A stretch of 64,000 nucleotides of DNA, taken from positions 10,413 to 74,412 of the forward strand of contig CAYSJW010000009.1 in assembly GCA_964431555.1 (NCBI GenBank), in the 5' to 3' direction. Origin of the DNA: an uncultured Gammaproteobacteria bacterium. GTDB lineage: Bacteria; Patescibacteriota; Microgenomatia; UBA8517. The position numbers were made by a program, and so were the translations under genes. Under the pieces are notes generated by a model that saw only the letters and a list, made by a program, of their open reading frames with translations, made no database searches and had not been told where the DNA came from. Shown here piece after piece: positions 37,549 to 45,587 of this stretch (its first letter is position 1; each line of letters begins with the position of its first letter).

Positions 37549-37666
37549 AATAATTTTCTTCCTTTTTAATAATACTTACGTTTATTCTGCAAAAACAAAA
37601 TGCATTAATATATACTTCATAGTATAGATTAGGTCATCTACTAGAATAAAGATAGTATTTAAAAAT

Positions 37667-39451
37667 ATGCAAAAACTTTATTCAACTTTTAACTTTATAA
37701 CAATCAAACTTAAAACCCTTTTAAAAAACGGATTAATCCTGTTTCTAATATTACTATTCCTTTTGTTCTCTACTTTTCTACTTATCTTAAATTACTATTT
37801 TAGAAACAGAATTTATCCCCAAATTAATGTTCTATCGTTAAACCTGGGGGGAAAAACAAAAAAAGAAGCAATTATCTTTTTAAGTGAAAATATCTCCCCA
37901 CCCGGAAAGATCCAAATTTCTTCAAATAAAAAAAATTTCGATCTTTCCTTACCTGACATCTCTTTTAAATACGAATATGATAAAACTGTAGAAACTGCCT
38001 TTAATTACTACAGAAAAAACAATTTCCGTTTTAATTTTCTTAAACCATTCATTTTTTTGTTTAAAAAACACAATCTTGAAATTGAGTATAGCTACGACAA
38101 ACAAAAACTCGATGAGTTTATTGAGGTTGTTTCAAACGATATTTTATCAGAGCCAATTTATCCTTCTGTCAATCTCATTGACGGAAAAATTATTGTCAAT
38201 AAAGGCACTCCCGGCGAAACATTGGATAAAGAAATATTTTTAGATGAATTTGAAAAAAAAATCAAAAACATTAATTATTCTAAAATGTACTTACCGCTTA
38301 AAAAAATAGATCCTACTCTATCCCAAAAAGATTCAGAGATTTTTGAAAAAAGAGCAAAGAAATTTCTAAACAAGACACTCATACTGAAAAACGATTTTTT
38401 TAATCTTACACTTGATGATAAATCAATCCTTGGTTTTTTAGATTACTACGAACAATATAGCCTCGACAAAATAAAGGATTTTGTTATTGTGGAAATTTCC
38501 CCTCAACTAGAAAGGCCTCCCCAAAACGCAGTATTCAGATTTGAAAATGGCAAAGTCACTGAATTCACTCCTGCTAGAGATGGAATAAAAATAGAAATTA
38601 ACAATTTTTTGGATAAAATCATTGACAGCCTCTCTGAATTAGAGAATACAGAAAACAACTCAATAATTATTGAAATACCTATCATCAAAGCCCCTCCGGA
38701 AATAACCTTAAACGAAGTTAATAATTTGGGTATAAGAGAATTATTAGGAAGAGGTTCATCTAAATTCAAGGGTTCAATTGAAAGTCGTGTACACAACATA
38801 TCCCTCGCATCTTCAAAATTCAATGGCGTGTTAGTTCCTCCCGGTGAAACACTTTCTTTCAATAAAACCCTGGGAGATGTTTCAAGCTTTACAGGATACA
38901 AAAAGGCTTACATCATAAAGGATGGAAAAACAATTTTGGGAGATGGAGGAGGCGTTTGTCAGGTTTCAACAACACTTTTTAGGGCAGTTCTCAGTGCCGG
39001 TCTACCAATAATCGAAAGAAGTCCTCACTCCTACAGAGTTTATTATTATGAACAAGACTCGTCACCGGGAATGGATGCCACCGTTTTTGATCCCACAACA
39101 GATTTCAAATTTAAAAACGACACGCCAGGTTATATCCTAATTCAAACCTTTGTCGATGCCAAAAATTATAGTCTTACAATAGAAATTTATGGAACACCCG
39201 ACGGAAGAAAGACCACTATTACAAAGCCAGAAATTTTATCCTCATCCCCACCACCCGATGATCTTTATATTGATGATCCTTCGTTGCCAGCTGGAGTTAT
39301 TAAACAAATCGAACATAAAGCCTATGGCGCAAAAGTAAGGTTCATTTATAAAGTAGAGCGAGACGGTGAAATAATTATTAATCAGGAATTTATCTCTACA
39401 TATCGTCCTTGGCAAGCAGTTTTTCTAAAAGGGGTAGGAAATACTAACTGA
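37667..39451 (+). CDS. VanW-family protein with N-terminal TM
   Basis: VanW core GDGGGVCQVSTTLFRAVLSAGLPIIERSPHSY. N-terminal anchor. Large preceding extracellular domain. Confidence 0.7.
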   Translation: MQKLYSTFNFITIKLKTLLKNGLILFLILLFLLFSTFLLILNYYFRNRIYPQINVLSLNLGGKTKKEAIIFLSENISPPGKIQISSNKKNFDLSLPDISFKYEYDKTVETAFNYYRKNNFRFNFLKPFIFLFKKHNLEIEYSYDKQKLDEFIEVVSNDILSEPIYPSVNLIDGKIIVNKGTPGETLDKEIFLDEFEKKIKNINYSKMYLPLKKIDPTLSQKDSEIFEKRAKKFLNKTLILKNDFFNLTLDDKSILGFLDYYEQYSLDKIKDFVIVEISPQLERPPQNAVFRFENGKVTEFTPARDGIKIEINNFLDKIIDSLSELENTENNSIIIEIPIIKAPPEITLNEVNNLGIRELLGRGSSKFKGSIESRVHNISLASSKFNGVLVPPGETLSFNKTLGDVSSFTGYKKAYIIKDGKTILGDGGGVCQVSTTLFRAVLSAGLPIIERSPHSYRVYYYEQDSSPGMDATVFDPTTDFKFKNDTPGYILIQTFVDAKNYSLTIEIYGTPDGRKTTITKPEILSSSPPPDDLYIDDPSLPAGVIKQIEHKAYGAKVRFIYKVERDGEIIINQEFISTYRPWQAVFLKGVGNTN

Positions 39452-39653
39452 TATTTCTAATTTATTTAAATAAAACTATCCTATTTCTAAACAATTATAT
39501 ACATAAAAATGAAGGGGTGTTTTTTTAAAAAATTTTAAAAATATATCATTTTTAATCGTATTTTCGGATAATTTTTTCTTGTATCAAATTTTTACCGAAA
39601 AAACTACAGGTATTTCATGTTATAGAAAAAATATGCTATATTTTTAAACTTAT

Positions 39654-40715
39654 ATGGAGATCGTCAAAATAAAACACGCAAAAATTTCTAAAATAGTTGA
39701 TATCTTAAAAAAAGATGGTTTAGTAATCATGCCAACAGAAACCTTGTATGGAGCTATGGTTGATGCAACAAATCAAAAAGCTGTAAATAAATTGATCGTA
39801 TACAAAAACCGTCCATTTGGGAAACCGTTTTCCATAGCGGTTAAAAATCAAAAAATGGCACAAGAATACGTCTATCTAAATAAAACCGCCAAAAATCTTT
39901 ACAAAAAATATCTTCCTGGCCCTTTAACAATTATCTCAAAAAGTAAAGGAAAAGTTGCCAAAGGAATAGAAGCTGAAAATAAAACATTAGGGATAAGAAT
40001 TCCTGACTATAAACTGGTAATTGATGTAGTAAATAAACTCGGTAAACCAGTTACAGCTACTTCAGCAAATGCAAGTTACAAAAAAAGGCCATACAAAATT
40101 TCTGATATTTTAGACAACCTCTCCATAAAGCAAAAAAAATTGATAGATCTAATCATTGATGGAGGAAAACTCCCTTTTAGAGAACCTTCCACAGTTATAG
40201 ATACAACTTGCGATGACCCGGTAATTTTAAGACAAGGCGACATTAAACTAAAAAAAAGTTTTGAAGTCCTAAGTCGATCTGAAGAAGACACTCAAAACAT
40301 AGCCAAAAATTTGTGGCAAAAATACGAAAAGTTTAAAGGCAAAAGAGCTATTATCTTTGCTCTTGAAGGCGAAATGGGTTCAGGTAAAACTCAATTTACC
40401 AAAGGGCTGGCCAAAGCTATCGGAATTGAGGAGGATATTTTGTCCCCTACATTTATTTTAGAAAGTGAATATTCTTCTAAAACCAATAAAATTTCTCTCA
40501 TTCATATAGACACGTGGAGAATGCAAAATCCAGATGAACTTTTAAAAATTGGTTTTGAAAAAAGAATTAATGAAAAAGGCGTAATTTCAATAGAATGGGC
40601 AGAAAGAGTTTCAGATGTTATAAGAGAATTTGATGAACAGGCTATAATACTATGGGTAAAAATAAAATACACAAAAAAATTCAATGAAAGATTAATAAGC
40701 TGGGGGGTAATTTAA
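39654..40715 (+). CDS. Fusion protein: TsaC/Sua5/YrdC (threonylcarbamoyl-AMP synthase) domain + TsaE (YjeE P-loop ATPase) domain
   Basis: N-terminal: PTETLYGAMVDATNQKAVNKLIVYKNRPFGKPFSIAV…GIRIPD (YrdC fold). C-terminal: IIFALEGEMGSGKTQFTKGLAKAIGI…SPTFILESEY…HIDTWRM (TsaE motifs). Confidence 0.7.
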   Translation: MEIVKIKHAKISKIVDILKKDGLVIMPTETLYGAMVDATNQKAVNKLIVYKNRPFGKPFSIAVKNQKMAQEYVYLNKTAKNLYKKYLPGPLTIISKSKGKVAKGIEAENKTLGIRIPDYKLVIDVVNKLGKPVTATSANASYKKRPYKISDILDNLSIKQKKLIDLIIDGGKLPFREPSTVIDTTCDDPVILRQGDIKLKKSFEVLSRSEEDTQNIAKNLWQKYEKFKGKRAIIFALEGEMGSGKTQFTKGLAKAIGIEEDILSPTFILESEYSSKTNKISLIHIDTWRMQNPDELLKIGFEKRINEKGVISIEWAERVSDVIREFDEQAIILWVKIKYTKKFNERLISWGVI

Positions 40716-40728
40716 CTTTTTTTACTCA

Positions 40729-41817
40729 ATGGTCTCTAAATCAAAATATAAAATACTTTCTATCGACACATCATGCGATGAAACATCTGCCTCGATAACA
40801 GAAAATCTTGTTGTTTTATCAAACGTAATATGGTCTCAAGCTTCACTTCACGCAAAATGGGGTGGCGTAGTTCCATCTCTAGCAAAGAGAGAGCACGAAG
40901 AAAGAATAGATTGGGTAATAAAAAAGTCTTTGACAAAATCCCGTAAAAAACTAGAGGATCTTGATGCTGTCGCAGTAACTTTTGGACCAGGCCTGGCTAT
41001 CGCTTTGGAAGTTGGAATAAGAAAAGCTAAAGAAATTTGCAAAAATTACAATTTACCCCTGATTCCAGTTAATCATATCGAGGGGCATTTGCTTAGCCCT
41101 CTGGCACTTTCCAAAAATAAAATACAACTTCTTCAAGACACTTTTCCAGCTTACGGTCTTATTACATCAGGAGGACATACTGAAATCATATTTGCAAAAA
41201 ACCCAAACAATTATGAAGTTCTTGCTCAAACACAAGACGACGCACTAGGTGAATCTTTGGATAAAGCTGCAAGAATATTAGGATTTGGTTACCCTGGAGG
41301 TGAAATTTTGGAAAAGGTTGCAAAAAAAGGGAATCCGAAAGTTTATAAACTTCCAATTCCTCTTATCGGCAGAGAAAAAGAAATGTTCTTAAGCTATTCA
41401 GGTATTAAAACTGCTTTAATTAGAAAAATTGAGGAAATAAAAATAACTAAAAATGATCTTTCAAAGGAAGACATAGAAAATCTAGCCTCTTCCTATCAAC
41501 AAAATTGTTTTCAACATTTAATAAGAATTTTAGAATATGTTTTTAATCAAAACACATATAAAGCAAAAAAAATTCTTTGCGGAGGTGGGGTTATGGCTAA
41601 CAAAACCTTAAGAAAAATGGTTAGAGCAACTTCGTCAAGGTATGGTATTAAAACATTATTTCCTTTTTCTAAAAAACTTTATGGTGACAACGCGGCCATG
41701 ATTGGGATTGCTGCTTATTTTAGGTTTAAGAATAAAAATTATTTTAAAATAAACAACCTAGATATATTGGAAAGAATTCCCAATGCACGTATAGATAAAA
41801 AATATTTTCATTTTTAA
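40729..41817 (+). CDS. tsaD: tRNA N6-adenosine threonylcarbamoyltransferase TsaD (Kae1/YgjD family)
   Basis: ILSIDTSCDETSASI, VTFGPGLAIALEVGIRKAKEI, PVNHIEGHLLSP (metal-binding His pair), ASKOW-type C-terminal region. Confidence 0.8.
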   Translation: MVSKSKYKILSIDTSCDETSASITENLVVLSNVIWSQASLHAKWGGVVPSLAKREHEERIDWVIKKSLTKSRKKLEDLDAVAVTFGPGLAIALEVGIRKAKEICKNYNLPLIPVNHIEGHLLSPLALSKNKIQLLQDTFPAYGLITSGGHTEIIFAKNPNNYEVLAQTQDDALGESLDKAARILGFGYPGGEILEKVAKKGNPKVYKLPIPLIGREKEMFLSYSGIKTALIRKIEEIKITKNDLSKEDIENLASSYQQNCFQHLIRILEYVFNQNTYKAKKILCGGGVMANKTLRKMVRATSSRYGIKTLFPFSKKLYGDNAAMIGIAAYFRFKNKNYFKINNLDILERIPNARIDKKYFHF

Positions 41818-41828
41818 ATTTCCAAAAA

Positions 41829-41857
41829 TTGAGAATATATTGAAATAGTGTATAATT
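41829..41857 (+). promoter_or_regulatory. Sigma70-type promoter for the valS leader (TTGAGA - 16 nt with TG - TATAAT)
   Basis: TTGAGA at 41829-41834. Extended -10 TGTATAAT at 41850-41857. Confidence 0.4.
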
Positions 41858-41864
41858 CTAATAA

Positions 41865-42031
41865 AAAAAAGCGTTCTGAGTGGGATTCGTCCCCCCACAA
41901 GCTGCTTGCTGAACAGAACTTTAAGCAAGACAGGTAAGCCTGTAATAGCTTGAAATAAGTAAAAAAAAAGAAGGTGGTACCACGGATTCTTCAGAACCGT
42001 CCTTCAGGTCATCTGAAGAATAAAAATTCAT
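41865..42031 (+). ncRNA. T-box leader (tRNA-sensing riboswitch) upstream of valS, with 3' hairpin overlapping the start-proximal region
   Basis: Canonical T-box sequence AGGTGGTACCACGG at 41972-41985. Stem-I-like nested helices (CAAGCT…AGCTTG, GCTTGCT…AGCAAG, ACAGG-taag-CCTGT). 3' hairpin TTCTTCAGA…TCTGAAGAA (41987-42020), 11 nt before the ATG. Confidence 0.6.
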
Positions 42032-44248
42032 ATGGACAAGGTTTACAATCACAGAAAATATGAATCCAATATTTATCAACTTTGGGAAAGTTCTAGTGCA
42101 TTTACTCCTACAATCGATAAAAACAAAAAACCCTTCACAATAATTATGCCTCCTCCTAATGCAAATGATCCCTTGCATGTCGGACATGCACGATTTATTG
42201 CTATAGAAGATATTCTAATTAGGTACCATAGAATGCTAGGTAGACCCACTCTTTGGCTTCCAGGTTCTGATCATGCTGGAATCGAGACACAATTTGTTTT
42301 TGAAAAACACCTAAAAGAAGAGGGCAAAAGCCGTTTTGATTTTAACCGAGATAAACTTTATCAAATGATCTGGGATTATGTTCAAAAAAATACCGGAATT
42401 ATGGAAAAACAACTAAAAATACTGGGTGCATCTTGCGACTGGACAAGGTTTAAATTTACCCTAGATCCCGAGATAGTAAAAATTGTCTATAAAACCTTTA
42501 AAAAACTTCATGATGATGGATTGATTTATCGAGGAGAGAGGGTTGTCAACTACTGCCCTCGTTGCGGAACTTCTTTTTCCCAACTAGAGGTAAATTATAT
42601 TGAAAAAGACGATTTCTTATATTTCATAAATTATGGCTTACTATCCATAGCCACAACAAGACCTGAAACAATATTTGCTGATGTTGCAATCGCTGTTAAT
42701 CCTAAAGACAAAAGATATACACACTTAATTGGCAAAACTGCAACAATTCCGATTATAAACCGTGAGATACCAATAATTAAAGATTCTCTGGTTGATCCAA
42801 ATTTTGGCAGTGGGGCTTTAAAAGTAACCCCAGGACATGATCCAGTAGATTTCGAGATAGGCCAAAAGCATAAACTTCCAGTGTTATCTATCATAGATGA
42901 AACCGGAAAAATGATAAATACTCCACCAAAATATATCGGTTTGTCTGTAAGTTCAGCTAGAGAGGAGGTGGTTAAAGACCTAAAAGAAAAAGGGGTATTA
43001 ATAAAAATAGAAAAAATTCACCACACTGTCGGAACATGCTACCGGGATAAAGGAAATTTAGAACCTACAGTATCCAAGCAATGGTTCTTAAATGTCAATC
43101 CATTGGTAAAAATGACCTTAAATGCTATCAAAGAAAAAAGTGTTGTCTTTGCTTCAAAAAAGTACGAAAAAATTGCAATACACTGGCTTAAAAATTTAAA
43201 GGATTGGAACATATCCCGCCAGATAGTTTGGGGAATAAGAATACCAGCCTGGAGATGTGAAAAGTGTCTCGAGTGGACCGTAACAGATGGAAAAACACCT
43301 AAAATTTGTAGTCTTTGCGGCCATACTAAACTCAAACAAGATGAGGATACATTTGATACTTGGTTTTCTTCAGGCCAATGGCCTTATGCCACATTGTTAT
43401 CAAATTCAAAAAATTCCCCAATTTCCGATCGATCAAAAACAAACTCTAAAACCCTGTCTAAAATTAATATCGATTATCCAGTTTCAGAAGACTTCAAATA
43501 TTTTTATCCTACGTCTTTGATGGAAACCGGCTATGACATTCTTCCTTTTTGGGTAATAAGGATGATTATGCTGGGTCTTTACATAACAAACAACGTCCCA
43601 TTTAAAACAGTTCTTCTACACGGTTTGGTTAGAGATGCAAAAGGAGAAAAAATAAGCAAATCAAAAGGTAACGTAATTGATCCTATAGAAATGGCTGAAA
43701 AATACGGAGCAGATTCGCTAAGAATGAGTCTTGTTTGGGGCGCCTTAATCGAAAATGACATCTCTTTATCAGAAGATAATATTCGTGGACAAAGAAATTT
43801 TTCAAATAAAATTTGGAATTTGGGAAGGTTTATAAAAAATAAATTTGAACAAACTCAATGTGAGTTCCTAAATTTAAAAGAAATTAATAGGCACATAAAA
43901 AATGAGGATAAAGAAATAATTAAAGAAACTAAAAATCTTGTTAAAAAAACTGGTAACTTGATTGAAAAATACCGATTAAACGAAGCTGCACAAAGCCTAT
44001 ATGAATTTATTTGGAGGAAATTTGCCGATAAATACACTGAATCAATCAAAAAAAGATTGGAAAACGGTGATAAATTTGTCTTATCAGTTTATCTTAATTT
44101 ATATATCACCTACCTTAAACTTTTACATCCTTTTATGCCTTTTGTTACCGAAGCAATTTGGCAAGAAATCAAACATTTGATAAAAGAAAAATACGAAAGC
44201 ATGCTTATAAACAGCCCATGGCCATCGAACTTTTTTAACAGTAATTAA
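42032..44248 (+). CDS. valS: Valyl-tRNA synthetase (compact form lacking C-terminal coiled-coil)
   Basis: PPPNANDPLHVGHA (HIGH), LWLPGSDHAGIETQ, editing domain, KISKSKGN (KMSKS). Confidence 0.85.
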   Translation: MDKVYNHRKYESNIYQLWESSSAFTPTIDKNKKPFTIIMPPPNANDPLHVGHARFIAIEDILIRYHRMLGRPTLWLPGSDHAGIETQFVFEKHLKEEGKSRFDFNRDKLYQMIWDYVQKNTGIMEKQLKILGASCDWTRFKFTLDPEIVKIVYKTFKKLHDDGLIYRGERVVNYCPRCGTSFSQLEVNYIEKDDFLYFINYGLLSIATTRPETIFADVAIAVNPKDKRYTHLIGKTATIPIINREIPIIKDSLVDPNFGSGALKVTPGHDPVDFEIGQKHKLPVLSIIDETGKMINTPPKYIGLSVSSAREEVVKDLKEKGVLIKIEKIHHTVGTCYRDKGNLEPTVSKQWFLNVNPLVKMTLNAIKEKSVVFASKKYEKIAIHWLKNLKDWNISRQIVWGIRIPAWRCEKCLEWTVTDGKTPKICSLCGHTKLKQDEDTFDTWFSSGQWPYATLLSNSKNSPISDRSKTNSKTLSKINIDYPVSEDFKYFYPTSLMETGYDILPFWVIRMIMLGLYITNNVPFKTVLLHGLVRDAKGEKISKSKGNVIDPIEMAEKYGADSLRMSLVWGALIENDISLSEDNIRGQRNFSNKIWNLGRFIKNKFEQTQCEFLNLKEINRHIKNEDKEIIKETKNLVKKTGNLIEKYRLNEAAQSLYEFIWRKFADKYTESIKKRLENGDKFVLSVYLNLYITYLKLLHPFMPFVTEAIWQEIKHLIKEKYESMLINSPWPSNFFNSN

Positions 44249-44850
44249 TCTAAAAACCTTATAGAACTAATAAGTTTTTGCATTTGATCCGTAATTGTAC
44301 TAAAAGAATACGTAAAATTTTTCCTTTGAAAAACCAGAAAACTTTTTCTTTCCAATTGATCATCCTCCGGCTCAACCTCTATTAACCTTGCCTTCTCTTC
44401 CAATAAATCTATCTCTTTTTCTTTTATTACTTTTATTTTTCCCTCCCTTTTAATCCCTTCCTTTATACGATTTATTTCCTCATCAACTCCCCCACTGCTT
44501 ATACCAAAAGCTACTCCTTTAGCTAGAGAAAATTTATTTTCTTCAAAAACTACAAAATATTCATATTCTCCAGGTTCTTCATATTCAACTTTTCTCAAAA
44601 AAGGTGGGTAAGAAAAGCCAATGGAATAATCTTTGTTCTCGTAATTTGACCAATTATCATCCATTTTATTTTCTTCATCCTTTTTAATAACGAGGTTTTT
44701 ATTATCATTTTTGTACGAATCACTAAAACTCTTATCTACTAATACTTTATTACTTTGCGAAAGAATTAAAGAAAAGATACTTCCAATTAAAAGTAATAAA
44801 CCAATTTTTAAAACGCTTATTTTTTTTCTTTTTTTAATCATAAAAAGCAC
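44245..44850 (-). CDS. Hypothetical membrane-anchored protein (201 aa)
   Basis: ORF track. N-terminal TM (ISVLKIGLLLLIGSIFSLIL) and a charged C-terminal domain. Confidence 0.4.
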   Translation of the reverse strand: MLFMIKKRKKISVLKIGLLLLIGSIFSLILSQSNKVLVDKSFSDSYKNDNKNLVIKKDEENKMDDNWSNYENKDYSIGFSYPPFLRKVEYEEPGEYEYFVVFEENKFSLAKGVAFGISSGGVDEEINRIKEGIKREGKIKVIKEKEIDLLEEKARLIEVEPEDDQLERKSFLVFQRKNFTYSFSTITDQMQKLISSIRFLD

Positions 44851-44912
44851 TCTTTTTCTTATCGTATATTGTAAAAAAGCTAAAACTTTTCTTAGATATT
44901 AACCTAAATATA

Positions 44913-45581
44913 TTACGAAAGCTTATCTTCTTGACCTTCCTTAGTTGATTCAGAAGTTTCTGGGGCTTCTACTTCCTCTTTCTTTTCTTCTCCCTCTTCT
45001 TTGGGAGTGATTTCTTCTTTTTCCTCTTTAGCGGCTTCCACTTTGACTACAATTTTCTGTAAATCATCTCTTATTTCCACCTTAGTTTTATCGTACTTTA
45101 AATCCTTTATAATAATTGTTTGATCAACTGAATTAAGATCATTAGCATTTATTTCAAACTTTTCAGGCAAATCACCAGGCAAAGCTTCAACTTCTACCTC
45201 ATCAAGATATTGTACAACTGTTCCCAAACCTTGTTTCTCAACTGGTGACTCGCCAATAATTGTGATGGGTACTTTAGCAGTAACTTTTTCTTTAAGGTCA
45301 ACTTGTAAAAAATCTATATGCAAAGGAAAATCATTTATAGGATCTTTTTGTACAAAATGAATTAAAACAGGTCTTTTACTTCCATCTACCTGCAATTCCA
45401 AAAGGCCTGTCTCCCCAACTTGTTTGAAAACTTTTTGAAATTCGCCCAATTTAATCTCTATAGGCTCAGATTTAATCTTTTTACCATAAATAATAGCCGG
45501 AATAATCCCCTCTTTTCTTAAATTTTTTACCTTTCTTCCAAATATCTTTCTTTTTTCAGCTTTTAATATATATTTATCCAT
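44913..45581 (-). CDS. rplY: Ribosomal protein bL25 (general stress protein Ctc form) with acidic C-terminal extension
   Basis: MDKYILKAEKRKIFGRKVKNLRKEGIIPAIIYGKK…, beta-barrel L25 core, Glu/Lys-rich tail. Confidence 0.85.
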   Translation of the reverse strand: MDKYILKAEKRKIFGRKVKNLRKEGIIPAIIYGKKIKSEPIEIKLGEFQKVFKQVGETGLLELQVDGSKRPVLIHFVQKDPINDFPLHIDFLQVDLKEKVTAKVPITIIGESPVEKQGLGTVVQYLDEVEVEALPGDLPEKFEINANDLNSVDQTIIIKDLKYDKTKVEIRDDLQKIVVKVEAAKEEKEEITPKEEGEEKKEEVEAPETSESTKEGQEDKLS

Positions 45582-45587
45582 AAATTA

